64,000 nucleotides of DNA, from contig JAQGDQ010000348.1 in the NCBI GenBank assembly GCA_030141605.1, positions 186,001 to 250,000 on the forward strand. Direction: 5' to 3'. A program made the position numbers and the translations under genes. This stretch comes from Tubiluchus corallicola. Lineage: Eukaryota; Animalia; Priapulida. Positions 12,058 through 25,564 of the stretch are shown one piece after another. Below the pieces are notes generated by a model that was given only the letters and a program-made list of their open reading frames with translations, had not been told where the DNA came from and made no database searches. How positions within the stretch are numbered: position 1 is the stretch's first letter; every line of letters begins with the position of its first letter.

Positions 12058-12324
12058 TTAGCTAGTTGCAACACACAAGATCTGAGCTTTCTACTAAAGG
12101 TTATATCAGGTAGAATACGTGTGATATTGTTGTCTGAATCACTTCTTTACTTGTATTTTGATACTTCATTTTATTGACTCTCAAGAGTCGGGATTAATTG
12201 CTTTAATTATCCTCGAGTGTTTTCTTACATTCTGTGTTCAGAAAGTCCATTATTTTTGTTCTTACTCAGTTGTATGAATGCCAACCCCTTGCTGTATATA
12301 AAATACACACGCACACGTGCACAC

Positions 12325-12962
12325 ACATTAAGTCTTCGCTTAGCGACGTTTCGTTTTAACGATGGTGAACATTTGACACCTTTTTTCACTTAACGTGGCA
12401 TGTTTCGTTTTAACAACGCTTTTTCAGCCTTACTTTAACCACTAAAATATTATTTACGCGCTTATACTTTATGAAGAAGCCCACCATTTAATGCAGATCA
12501 GCGTAGCACAACTAAAAACACACAGCAGACAATCAACTACTGCTACAAGCAAGCCACGATGATTCATTGCTTAACCACATTTAGATTTTTAATAAAATGC
12601 AAGAATTTTAGCTGATAAAACTCTCCTGTTACATAGTTAATTACTGTGTTCACCTCATTTGCATTTTAGCTGCCACAAACACAGCACTAGTAATATTAGT
12701 AATATTTTAATTAAAGAAATGCTGTACAACTGTAAGCAATAAACCATATAAGGTGTTTAATTTTGAGCCAAATGTTATTGATTTTTTGCCTGCAAGATAA
12801 CTGAACCTTTTAACATAGCCACGCCCAGTGGTTTTTGCTCCTGGAACGCAACTGAACGCTTTTACGTTGTTTCTTATGGAAAACAATGTTTCGTTTAGCG
12901 ACGTTTCCCTTAATGATGCATTTTGCTGCAATGCATTAGCGTCGTTAAGTGAGGATTTACTC
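12325..12962. mobile_element. pogo/Tigger-like MITE
   Basis: Imperfect TIR CATTAAGTCTTCGCTTAGCGACG...CGTCGTTAAGTGAGGATTTACTC|TA with subterminal GTTTCGTTT(T)A(A/G)CGA repeats. Confidence 0.7.
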
Positions 12963-13232
12963 TATATAGAACATTTTGTATTACAAACTGAGTTTATCTT
13001 CTTGCTTTCTTTTATGTCATAGAATATTTACACGATTGTTGGTTGCTGGTCAAAGTTATTGATTTTTTTTCAGTTTTTTGTATTGATTACGCACTTTCTC
13101 GAAATGTGATTTCAATAAACATTTATGGAAAAATGCAAAAAATTCTGCCTTTTTACGTAAATACAAGGTAATACGTACTTGTAGCAGCAGACTATCGATA
13201 TGAAGTGTTTTAAAATGTTTAGCAAGCACTAC

Positions 13233-13627
13233 AATAAGCCTTTTCATAGTTCCAGCGATTGGCAATGATCGTGAAAAGGTCAAAGGTTAAGTGTATCAGG
13301 CATTGCATTTGTGTACACTTGACAACGCCTCACAATCCATGCTATTGTAATAGTAACAGTTTTAACAGCTAGCTAGAACCTTACCTAGTTTATTTTTTCT
13401 TGTTCTCAAGCAAGAGCCTGCTAGTAAATCACTTTGTGCACAGACTAATGCATAATTAAGTAAAGTCCACATAAAACAACTGAAGTTACTGAACTGATGT
13501 GACAGACAAATTTGCTTTACACGCCTGTTATATGAGGGTTGTAGTTAAGACGCGTTGCTGTGGTACAGTTAACCTTTGAGTTACAGCAACTGCACATGTG
13601 CACAACAAAATTGTGAAAAGCCTTATT
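13233..13627 (+). mobile_element. Family A MITE
   Basis: AATAAGCCTTTTCATAGTT...TTGTGAAAAGCCTTATT. Confidence 0.85.
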
Positions 13628-13687
13628 CCGGTATAGTATTTGTAGTGAAGCTGTGTAAGTGCCTCCTATGTGGTCAGGGGTGACGTA

Positions 13688-14605
13688 CACTTATATCTCG
13701 GTTTGCCGGACAAAAGCGGGGAGACGTCCGTCCGAGGTGATGCTTTCTGCTAACAAATATTAAAACAATTGAGTCAATCAGTGGTACATGCCTCAGCTTT
13801 TCCACCAAAGTAACAGGAATGACACATGAACACGGAGACACGCATGAGATTAAGCAACACGAATATTTGCTAGTTCTGAAAGTATTTGGGAAGAGGATTT
13901 TCACTTCTAGTGTGCTGTTTAGAATAAAATACTGCAAATTAATTTTTAAACGGATACTTTCTGCCAAATCTAATGCAATGGAAAAGTTGAAAATGGGCAC
14001 TGGGGGACATAGGAAAAACTTTCACAGGAACTGATTTCAGCTTCAGGTGAAATGTCCAAATCACTATTCTGGCAACAAATACAAGTCTCTTTCTTTGGTG
14101 TCTACCAGTCATGAGACAGTATCGCACGAGAAACTTTGTTATTTAAAAAAAATTATCCTGGGACAAAAATTGTACCTTCTGTGGAGACCCATTTGCCGAT
14201 TAACCGTATTTTCCGATACTAAACAAATAGTAACAGTAATACAGTAGGCGCCGTGTATTACTATTAAGTATTAGACTCACGGTAATGTATAATCGTCGAA
14301 TTGTTTCAAAAACGTCTAATACGTGCCGCTCCTATGCAAAAGATATAAACCTGTCGGCAATTGACTCAAATAACTCCGCATAATTGACTCTAAACCACTT
14401 ACACCTGTTGATTAAACGTACAAGCCACATTATAATGTCGTTACACGCTGCTTGGATGTAAACAAAGTGACAACCCGCCAACTAGCGGTCAGCTCGTGAA
14501 ACAACGAGCTTTGTCCGTAGTATGCGAGACTTTTTAACCGTCCAGATTTTGTCCGATTTTTCCGATACCCGTAAAAGCGATGTCCGGCAAACCGAGGTAC
14601 GAGTG
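13688..14605 (+). mobile_element. Family F MITE interrupted by about 465 bp of unrelated sequence (13736-14203)
   Basis: TA|CACTTATATCTCGGTTTGCCGGAC...GTCCGGCAAACCGAGGTACGAGTG|TA; consensus resumes near 14204. Confidence 0.8.
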
Positions 14606-15839
14606 TACTCCTATGTACTTGGAACTTTTTTCACTGTTTCATAAACACCGAGTGCAAATGACAGAAACGTTTCCAACCGAAGCTAATACCACTGAAATGC
14701 TTTATTGCAGCAAAATCAACACAGAGATGTCCCGTATTGCGTAGATTAACTTGACTGTTTACAGCACAGGTAAGTAGCAGACTGTTAACTGCTTGAAAGC
14801 TGGTTTGAAGCTAAAATATTTACATTACCGCCACAGATGGCGCCACGTACATGAATTTTTAAGTAGATCAATTGCAGCTAGGTCTGCTACACCGAGAGTT
14901 TGTTTGTTGTAATCGTTTTTCAGCTGCTTTTCTTATGCTCACTCTGCAAATTCATAGAAAAAGAACAACTGCCCATGACCTGCTTTTTCCCTCGGGCTTC
15001 ATATCTGTAGAATTCTCTGCCAGAATATTAACAGACACCAGCAAATATGGATTCCATTTTGCAGGACATGTAATTTTCTGAGTTTTTTCTGGAGCTGCTT
15101 ACTTTGAGTGGACACTGGCCTTTCTTGTTTGGGACGGTTTATATAAGAAATTATTATAAGAAAATGTCATTTTCAATATGAATTTAAAACTGAAACAAAT
15201 GTTGTCAGCTCAGGAATTCAACTTTCTGACTACCAGCCGAGCTTCATGCTGCTTCAGTTTGATAAAAGTTAGATAGATTCAGGCGGCAGCAATGAAACTT
15301 GATTGCTTAATCTTTCATTTTAACTAATTACTGTTCATTGATCATTGGTAAGTTAAATAAAATAGCCAATTAAATAAATTAATAAAATAAGTAAATGAAA
15401 TAGCTGTAGCGTTTCTAAGAAATAAGCCTTGGCACATGATATTTTTGCAATAAGACGTTTAAATTCTTGGCACACTATTAACTTTGATCATTCAGCTTAT
15501 GATTATCTGTGCCTACAGTTCAATGGACTGAAGTCTATTGCACAATAATGAGTTCCTATATTACCTCGCATAATCTGATAATAACATCGGCCAAAGAAAG
15601 TGGCTAAGCGTAAAGACTGTGTAAGACTTCCATTTTCTTGTGAATCGTAATCGTTTCACGTTTTGCATAATATAGACCAACTCTAGCAAAGCGTTTGCTG
15701 CAAATGTTTGTTTCTTAACAACACAGTTCGCTTACTTCAGGTATGTTAAAATATACCTCCAAAACTAGCAAATAATTAAATTAGTAGTAATACTTTTAAA
15801 CTAAAAAATTTATAACAATTTTATAAGAAACGTTTCTGG

Positions 15840-16112
15840 AATGGCCGGGTTTTGATTTTGTAGGTCCCTGGGCTACAGATATTGTGAGGCCCCGGCCCCA
15901 GTGACAATTAACAAAAGCATGATTGTTGGATTCTTCAAATCAGTTTATTCAACTTCTACAACATAATGCCAACATTAGGCCTACATGGATGGCCCACTCA
16001 TTCTGTAGTAACTTTTCACAGAAAGTGAATTTCACTTAGTCTTTGGAGGCCCCTCATCACGGAAGCCCCCCAGGGCTAAATCCTATAAAGCTTATGCCTT
16101 AATCCGGCATTG
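15840..16112. mobile_element. Small hAT-like MITE
   Basis: Degraded TIR AATGGCCGGGTT...AATCCGGCATTG with GGCCCC subterminal motifs; similar fragment near 7942. Confidence 0.5.
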
Positions 16113-16976
16113 CTAGTATTAAAATTTTGTATTATCGCTTGTAGTTTGGGTAAGCGGTCATTGTTTGGGGACGGTGCAAATCGCGCAATTAAAACAAGTT
16201 TTATTGAATTTTATAAAAAAACAAACTTTAGAGTTTCGAGGCAAATGGCGCGGCAGTGATTGCCTCGGGTCGCCAGGGTTAGTCTTCTTTGGCACGTTAG
16301 GTCCCATATATGGCTGCTGGCCCCATTCCCGCGCATCTGCCTGAGTGGCAGATCACCTCTTTTTGTCGGCAGGTGTCGCCTGCGTTTTCTCAAAAATGCC
16401 CTTGTTGATAAACAAGCATGTGCAGCTGGCGAGCCACGTTTTGAATCGAGTTCTTTCAAGCGTTGCGTGCGAGATTGTTGTGTGGTATGGACGCATGCCA
16501 GCCTTTTTCAATGCTGCTAAATTTATTTGACTAGGTTTAAGTGATGACGACCGTTTAACACTTCACGCCAGTATAACTTCTGCTGTACTTTTGTGCGTAG
16601 GAATTTGTACAGTATAATAACTGACTATACAAATATATATTCAATAAAACCACACAATAAGTTGCAATAAAGTGATTACATAGCAATAATAAATTGTAAA
16701 TAGCGAACATATATCGCGTGTTAGAATTGTATGAGTATTATATGAGTTGCTATTAAGTGTTAAGATTATTTAATACCAAAGTTAAAAACGAGTAAGGGTA
16801 GAGTTAAAAATTACTATTATCATGCAGTCTATAATCTGTTTAAAAATTAATTACCTTTCAAGAAAAAGTAATTTACCGTTTAATTACAGCTGGGATTAAT
16901 GAAATCAAATGAGAATTAAGCCAGCATAATAATAACGTTTTATAGTAAACTTCGGCAATGTTATACATCCGAATTA

Positions 16977-17471
16977 CCGTATATACTCGCATATAAGCCG
17001 AATTTAGAACTATAAAATACAATACTGAAATCAGGGGGTCGGCTTATATGCGCATGAAACAAAATGAACACAAGGACAGACACTAATGCCAATTTTCCAG
17101 CCACACATTTTCATCGCTATCTGACTCTTATAAGACTGTATCTCAGAAATGTTTATTTTTTTGTGAATAAATAGAAAACAAAATATTTTCTTCTTTATTC
17201 ATATCAAAATGTATAATTTGTTCTATTTCTTCTAGTATGTAACATAAAAGTAAGCATTTTGCATCTTTATAGTAAAAAATTTCTATGAACCAAAAATACT
17301 CAATTAACAAAATGTGACAAAAAGGGATCAATTTTGTTGATTGGGTATGGAGTGAAATTAGACAAGTTGATGGTCGGCTTAAATACGGGTTTTTGCAAAA
17401 ACTGGCCATTTTAAAGCAGTTTTAGGGGGTCGGCTTATATGCGATGTAGGCTTATAGGCGAGTATATACGG
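16977..17471. mobile_element. Tc1/mariner (Tc2/pogo-type) MITE
   Basis: TA|CCGTATATACTCGCATATAAGCC...GGCTTATAGGCGAGTATATACGG|TA; internal GGGGGTCGGCTTATATGCG repeat. Confidence 0.88.
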
Positions 17472-17494
17472 TAGTCCCCTGAAATTAATTTACT

Positions 17495-17600
17495 AAATCT
17501 CATGACGTCAGTGTCGCATCTACGCATGCGTAAACAACGCGTGGTTATTGTAATTCAGCAGCAAAACAGTTTATCGCAACTTATAAAACGCAGACTGATG
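17495..17600 (+). promoter_or_regulatory. Candidate promoter of the membrane-protein gene
   Basis: Perfect CRE TGACGTCA at 17503-17510, palindrome TACGCATGCGTA at 17521-17532, overlapping forkhead-type GTAAACAA; lies just upstream of an ATG plus splice donor. Confidence 0.4.
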
Positions 17601-17790
17601 GACCGAGTTTGTTTAAAGACTTCGGTGATGTGATATTTCGCGTAGACAGTAAAATTGTGAAGTGACTCTGCTCTGTTTGTAACCATTAAGGATGTGCTGT
17701 GGTGAAGAATTCCTCGAAACATCGTAGTAGAATGATAACGATAAAGAGTAAGAGTTATGACTATTCGGTAGCAACAGTCCTTTCTTCAGA

Positions 17791-17826
17791 ATGTCATCAG
17801 ACTACGACTTATTGGAATCAGTGGGG
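17791..17826 (+). CDS. Candidate first coding exon (MSSDYDLLESVG) of the membrane-protein gene
   Basis: ATG with A at -3, in-frame stop upstream, GGG|GTAAGA donor in phase 0 that matches the exon at 45396. Confidence 0.45.
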
Positions 17827-18399
17827 GTAAGATATAAAATACTCATTCATGTATTTTATGTATTCTTCTCTACTTGGATATAACTCCGTAGCAGTTATGT
17901 AATAAGTCGTACTTAGTTGACTCAAATCTTACAAGTTCACCTTCCGTTCTGAGGCGATCATTGACTACGCTGCATTAGTCGTTAGGCTATATCTTACCTA
18001 CTATTCTCATGCTATTTCTATACATACGTTGTGCATTTTTGTGTAAGATATTGTTAAATTGTACTTGGCTCTTGGAATAGGTAAACAATTGGCTAATAAG
18101 TAATTTTTACATCATAGTGTAGGTAGCTCAGTAAGTTTTTATTCCGTCGTGTTTTTTAATAATCTGCTGGCGCGCCTTTGAAATTGCAAATATGTGGAAA
18201 AAAAATTAACTATCCAATCTTTATGTGTTGTCGCTCTTGAATTTAATCAACAAAATCTAATGTTGACAAAACCATTATTGGTTCACATTTAGTAGAGAAT
18301 TTTGACGGTATAAATACGATTACTACGTATTACTTAAGCTGTTTAAGCAAAAGTATTTTTCTACATTGCATTGCGACATCATAAAGTGTAAGAGAGAGA

Positions 18400-18800
18400 A
18401 TACACATATTATACTGTAATAACTTATGGGTTAATTTTAAGGTATGCAGTTTAACCAAGATCCGCACAACTTGCAACATTGCTCGTCACAAGTTTTTCAC
18501 GTTATGCTTATGATACGCCATCTTCTACAATATGTGCAGAAAACAATATAAAACATTTTAAAGTATTGTTGCGTCACTCTGCCTATAGTTTAAGAACAAG
18601 AATTATTGAATCAGCAAATTTTATTGTAAATTATATATGCACCCACACTGATGTGCCTTTTTATAGTAGAATATTTAGAAGATAGCCATGATTAATTGAC
18701 TTAGTAACCGCTGGTTTTTTAACTGATGCTTTGCATTTTTAATTTGTGTATATATTTTTATAATATGTTTTTGTAATTTTTCATATCTCTTTTAATAGTG
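18400..18800 (+). mobile_element. Degraded non-LTR retrotransposon ORF2 3' end
   Basis: Frameshifted YCNNLWVNFKVCSLTKIRTTCN...HFKVLLRHSAYSLRTRIIESANFIV, like LINE ORF2 C-termini; AT-rich 3' UTR-like tail. Confidence 0.55.
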
Positions 18801-20194
18801 CATGACATGTAGTATTTCTTAATTTTTAGTGTAAATTTTTGACTTTATACTAGATTTTACATGTCAAATTTAGACCTACGTTAAGTCAAAAGTGACATTG
18901 GTATCTCAAATGTGGATGTGTAAAGCTTAAGGATGTTAAATTCAATCTCCTTTAATCTTAATTTAATAATTGCTGTGAAAATAATAACTTTATAGGTCTA
19001 CTAATAGTTCACTAATATTCTGTAAACTTTACATACCATTGGAACTGTTAGAGAAAACAATACATTCTATACTAGATTTGTGTAGACTTTTGTGTTACTT
19101 TTAACTAGAGTTGTGTAAAATCCTCTACATAGAAGTATAGAAGAGAAGTGCATATAGAAGTATAGCTGCCTCTGTGTTGTCGAGTAACTGGGGCTGCTTC
19201 AGTGCTTGAATTGGGCTTTCAGCAAAATTAATTAGCTTTAGTATAGGCAGTTTCAGCTTGAGCCTAAGTGGCAGCGAATGTTACATTTGATTAGATACAC
19301 GGCTAATTTGCATAACTGACATTGAGCTTGGCTTTGGCTTCTCATAAGATCGCGCTTAATAGAAAAAGTAAACGCATTAGTTCCCCAAAGCTAAGCCAGT
19401 TCTAACGAGTTTGTTACTGTTGAGCTGCAATGTTGAGCAAGCTTCCAATAAACCTCAGCCAAACTAATGATGCTCAAACCGGAACTTCCGGCGCGTCAAA
19501 ATTTGTGTGGTGCTCTTGATGGTTGATCACCACACGAAGTTCATTGTCATTTATGTCACCACTACAAGTCTCTTTATCCCAGAACTCATTTCCTGTTTTT
19601 GGAAAATGAATGCTTCCTTGTTCTCCACTACTGCAACAATGAATTCATTATTGAATCTACCACAAGCGATTGTAAAGCTTCTACTGTCTGTATTGTAAGC
19701 TTTCTAAATAGCAACATTGCGTTAAAATTAATTACGTGTCTAAATTATTCGTTAAAAGCAATTATTACGTAATATTTGCTTTTCTCAACTTCCCACCTTA
19801 ACAATGCATCAGATTTTGTTTATGTTCAGCCAATTTTATCTGTAAAAATATCTTTAAAAAGAGTTTGTGTTTAACCTGTGTACTGTTAATAGTTTACACT
19901 GACTCAGTGTTACGGTGTGCCTAATATAGACATTAGTGGCAGGACCAGAACTCAGCTACTTATCATAGGAATCCTCTAAAACGAGATGTTGGACCGGTGC
20001 GTTTTTCATGTGGCCCATTCTGGGACATACGTACATCCCACCTCAAAGGTAATAAGAATAGACCAACGGTAAAATTTCTTTTCCTATCTTTCGCGCATCC
20101 ATTTACCCTCCGGTTGCTTCTCTGTGAACTTCGTTGCCAGTTTATTATTTCCCTGTTAACTACAAATCTCACCTGCTTTGAGGAAAGCATCAAA

Positions 20195-20460
20195 TACCTT
20201 CTAGATACCGCCTAGATAATTCCTAGATACCTAGGTACTCCAATACTTAATAGATAATTCGTAGATACTTCCTTTATAATTCCAGGATACTTCCTTGATA
20301 CTTTCTAGTTACTTACTAGACACCTCCTGGATACTTTCCAGAATCTAGATGCTGCCTAGATACTTTCTTGATAATTCCTAGATAACTCATAGTTACTTCC
20401 CAGATACTTCCTAGCACTTCGTAGAAAATTCCTAAATAACTCCTAGATACCGCCTAAATA
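20195..20460. repeat. Degenerate 11-bp tandem repeat (TTCCTAGATAC)n
   Basis: Recurring CCTAGATA(C/A)T units. Confidence 0.75.
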
Positions 20461-21717
20461 TCCATTAGGAAAATGGCGGTTCTTCAAATTTAATAACAAA
20501 ATGATAAAAAATCAAAAAGAAACAAGTGAGCAAGTGAAAACAGCAAGTTTATAACAAAATAAATTGAGTATTCATAATGAGAGTAGGAACTAAATAAAGC
20601 TTATATTATAGTGAGGGTTTAGTTTGACAGTGACTTTAACTGATGCTGGCTATAAAAAATCTGCAGTCAGCTTGTGACTGTAGAACGCCCTGTAGAGTAC
20701 AAATATTTCTGCTCTACGATCATTTTGTGAATGTATGATGACGTCAGTTCCGCTCTCTCAATCTCGAGGTTTTCACACTTACAAACTTATCCTAGGACAT
20801 GACTGCAGTACGCATGGTATAAATTCTGTAATAGTTTCCCCCCGTCTTCAAAACCCCAACTCTACCCACGTTAATTGTCCAACTGTCGAGAGCCGTTACC
20901 GGTTTCATCTATCACGATTCTCTGAAGCAACTGGCTTCATCTCCATATATCTATATCAAAAATTTTTTTAATGGCTTCGCACATCAAGAAAGCGGAATTT
21001 ATTGTTTCCGAATCAAGGAGGAATAACAGCCATGCCAGCGATGGTTCGTCAAAAATGCCCTCTTTTTACTCCAGTTCAGGGACAGCGAAGTGCTAAAAGA
21101 GCAGAAACCTAGACGATTGGAGTTTCTGTCAGTTTAAATCAATGGGATATGTTCCATGGCTGGTCCAAGTGATTTTTTTCGGGTTGTTGAATGGATCCGC
21201 CCCGGTGATAATGTGAATTTATTGTCGTCACGTTGTGATGAAACTGTGGTTTGATGTTCGTTGTCATACCCAACAGCTTTGCCTGAAATTTATGCCTGCA
21301 AATCTGTGAATTTATTAGTCGAGCTGCTCTTCCGTTTGGTTTGTTTCGCAGCCCAGAGGGAGCAGCCGTAGCTTGACGTTCAGGATGAGACATTCTAGAT
21401 GTGCCCTCGTAGGACCTGCGAAGCGAATTCAATATTAAGCTCGTTTAGAGTGTAATGTACTGTAGGAGTCGTATTGTGTAGACACGTGGGCTAAGTGTTA
21501 GCATGTTATGCGCTCTATTTCATTCAATTTCGATCCTTTTAAGATTAGAAATTACAATGATTGAGTATGACGGGTTTCTGTAATAAATGGTTAATTTGTA
21601 ATCTTTTCCTTCAAGACTCATTCCCTCTGTATAGGCATTGATACATCAACATTTAATAGAATAGTCCACCCATTTCTATCTGCAGCTAACAGCGTAAGTT
21701 CTTCTGCTCCTAAAGCT

Positions 21718-21892
21718 AAAACAAGAAAAAATGAACTAGCTAAGGTTCTAACTAGCTGTTAATACTGTTACTATAACAATAGTATGCGCTGTGAGGCGTT
21801 GTCAGGTGTACACAAATGCGTTGTCTGCTACACTTAACCTTTCGACCTTTTCACCATCATCATCAATCGCTGGAACTTTGAAAAAGCTTATT
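21718..21892 (-). mobile_element. Family A MITE, partial
   Basis: Ends CAATCGCTGGAACTTTGAAAAAGCTTATT. Confidence 0.8.
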
Positions 21893-23342
21893 CTGTAAGT
21901 TTAGCATTGGAAAGAAATGTATAATATATGGATTATAACCGTTTTGTTCAGTAAAACTCTCAAAGCTGTCACGTGTACATTACAGTATTTATTTTAATGT
22001 TATCCTCATTGTAGCAATCTTTATCGTTTTCTTCGTCATTATCAGTCTTCTTGTCTTCTTCTCATCACATCATCGTCATCATCACCATCATCATTTTCAT
22101 AATCATCGTCATCATTCTCGTCGTTGTCGTCGTCGTAATCATAATCATCACCATCGTTGTCACCATGCTATAAGTATCATCACCCTGATCGTGATCTGAT
22201 GATGATGATTATTTTGGCAAAGAAATAACAAGGTATTTCAAGAATATTAGTCAGTTACGACCTAAGTAATTTGAAACTTATTTTTTTGCTATGTAACTAC
22301 AGAAATAGCACAGCTGACTGGTTAGTTAAAACAGTCACATATCTGTATTTTGAAGGCGTCTACGTCTCCAGAGGTGGCTTCGTCTTGGAAACAGACTGGG
22401 ACGCAGCAATATTTCTTGCTAATTTAATAAAGGAGTTTTAAAAAGCTCTCGTGAAAATTGATGAATTTAGTTTCGAGGTTTCTAGAAGGTGAATTAGCAT
22501 TGCCTGTAAGTAATGCATTTACCGTTTACGAAGCGCCCGGTTAGTTGAAACACTTTGCGGTCTTCACGGTTGTGGATACGCCCCCATGTTGTGCTGAATT
22601 GAATTCACCACATAGCGCGAATTCTCTGATTATCACGTTTGACAAAGATTTAATTACAGGGTGGGAAATTAGAGGAAACGTTTTCCTAATGACTTCGCCA
22701 ATGACTCACATTTATCTTGCAAGATGGAGAAGTGAAACTCACTTTCGTGACGTCACCATGTACAGGTTGCTTCGAAATTAGAAGTGTTAAAAATTCATCT
22801 AAATCAGAGTCAGACTTGTGGTCTGCCATGTTGACTATTCATAGTAAGAAGTAGATGATGTTATTGATTTTTGATATTTCTGGTCTATCTTTGAGCAACA
22901 CCTAGCATCCTAGATGATCCTTTCAGTCCCTGTACTATGTTCTATGTGTTATGTACTATGTCAGCACATAGAGAAATAGAAAAATACTTGGAAAAGCAGA
23001 TTGATAAAGACTAGTGGGCATGTACGCTCATTGTACTTAAGACTTATTTTGAAATGTTTGCTGTCTGATGTTGTAGAATGTGTTTTTTACTGTATAGCTG
23101 TCATATAGGTGTATAAAATTTTACTGACCATACCCAAGTTTTTTTTACTCTACACAATGGGTTTCAGTTCAATTCAATTCAATTTATTGCGCAAATGTAC
23201 AATTAACATTACATACATTGGCAAGTACAAAAAGAAAATTATATACAGGTACAACTACAGATTAGTATTATACATATAAAAAACGTACTGCTAATTAGCT
23301 ATAATAGCTATTATGAGATACATATCGACTAGTACAATTATA

Positions 23343-23486
23343 TTATGTTATGTTATGTTATGTTATGTTATGTTATGTTATGTTATGTTATGTTATGTTA
23401 TGTTATGTTATGTTATGTTATGTTATGTTATGTTATGTTATGTTATGTTATGTTATGTTATGTTATGTTATGTTATGTTATGTTAT
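23343..23486. repeat. (TTATG)n microsatellite
   Basis: About 28 perfect units. Confidence 0.98.
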
Positions 23487-24583
23487 ATTATATTATATCA
23501 TATTATTAATCAAATTGGTTGAGATTTTGGCTGCTCAATGATACTGGCTAGTAATAATAGATAATATAATTAATGACAGTAGATTGGAAAGCTTTATATT
23601 AATTACTATAATTATGACTATTATTAACGAGGAAACACATTGGGCTAGTTCAATGTACAGCATCAAGCATTTGTGTTCGAAATTCCATAAAATCTTGATG
23701 GTATTCACAGAAGTATTTATTTCTGTTAATAAAATAAAATTACAAAACTGTGAATTCACAAATAAATTTTGATTTCTTCTAACTGATTCTTCTAAATAAC
23801 CCCAAAACAAACGGTACTAACAAAACAAACGTCACGTTCAGCAATTACTGATGTTGCAGTTATTCTGTAAAACTTTGTATTACTTGAACTTAAAATGGAA
23901 CATTGTGATAAAAAATATATTATGTTAGCTTATGTTTAACAAAGTAATTATTCGTATAATTCAGAGTAATTATCAACACTTACATTGTTGCAGCTATGAA
24001 AACATTAAGGTAATGAAGTAGATCCAACAAAAACGTAAGACTCAAATCTTGAAAACAAAAATATTAGCAATTCTGGAACGTGTCAACATAAATTATTGCA
24101 GTCTGACTACTGCTGCTCAAGCCAACTCACCTACTCAACCAGGTGAAACAGGTGGCAGCACTAGATATTAAAGCAAAGTGAAACAAATTTTCGCTTAATG
24201 CACATAGGCTACCACAGTTTGCTTTTACGATCACACACCAGACAGTGATATTAGAGTTACTGGATACACTTTGTACAAAACTCGATCGTAAAATTTGGAA
24301 CCTATATATATATATATATATATAATGCTCTAATATTTTCTAATGACAGTAAATTGTATAGCCATTATAGAGGAAAATCAGATACAGCAAGCAGTCGTCT
24401 CACTAACACGTTGAGTAGTGTCTGTATGCTAAGCCATATGATAGACTAAGTGATCTATCTTCTAGACTGTGCTAAAATCTATTGTAACTACCACAGACGT
24501 ATATTTGCGCCGTACCCAGAAAACGTTTCTATGTTTTCACGTACGGCGATTCTGTATATCCCGTAATATTGAATAATTGTTAA

Positions 24584-25170
24584 AGCAAAACCGGACCCGA
24601 TCTTAAACTGTAGGTCAAAATAATCTATTCTTTAAATTGTTGAAACGAAACACACTATTTTTTTCAAAAATGACTTACGTGAAAGAATCATTACCACACA
24701 AACACAATTTCACGTTCGCGCCACTAGTTCTTCGCCGTTACATGCATTTCGTCATTCGCTAGTTAGATGGGTACTAGCGCCTGCATTTCGGAAATGCATT
24801 GTACAAAAAACAAGTCAGTTCATTTGCGTTAGTTTGTGACGAACCACGCACGTTCGAAGGTTCATGCGTAAATTTGAAATTTGTATCTTAAAACTTGCCT
24901 AGTTTTAGTACAACACACTAAACATCTTACAGTAGCACTGTCCTTCAATTTTCGCTTTCACAAGCACGTGCAACACGCTCGTGGAATATTTTTGCTGCAG
25001 AAAATTATGTTAGTTTGTGATGTCATCAATAGGTGGGCTCGCCCGCCGTTAATATTTTAATCTATTATATAATTATCAGAAATGCTTTTGCAGTATTTAT
25101 TGTGTTAAAATGTATGCTTTTTATCGGACTTGAAAATGGGATAGTGTATGAAAAGTCATCCTGTCTTCCT
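24584..25170 (-). mobile_element. Family B element, full length
   Basis: TTAA|AGCAAAACCGGAC...ATCCTGTCTTCCT|TTAA. Confidence 0.9.
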
Positions 25171-25564
25171 TTAAAAACTGACAAAGATCATGTTTTTCAT
25201 CCTCAAGTTGTTACATCATGTCAGAACGTCAACTGACACATCTGTTCATATCTACACTGTCATTGTTCAAAAGAGGGCATGCCCTCTTGCGCACATGGGA
25301 CCTCCGGACAAGTGGCACTTGTAAAAAACTGATTAGCGAAAAAGGGCCATGCGGAAGTGATGACTGTACTGGGAGGGCTGACTGAAGCTGACATATGTGT
25401 CTTGGTGAATTAGGGTTCTCTCAAGTGGAATGGTCCTTCAATTTGGAACAGCAGGTGTCGTCATCAGTCCAAATTCTTAGTGTGTTTGGGAGTCTGGCAG
25501 TGCAAGCATTTGAGTTTGGATTCATAAATTCATCCTGGTCACTGCATTGCTGGGGGGAGGGGAA

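Noticed and set aside
21616-21693. 78-bp phase-0 open segment ending at a GTAAGT donor as an extra exon
   Set aside because: Weak AAG acceptor and no recognisable peptide; cannot be supported without RNA data
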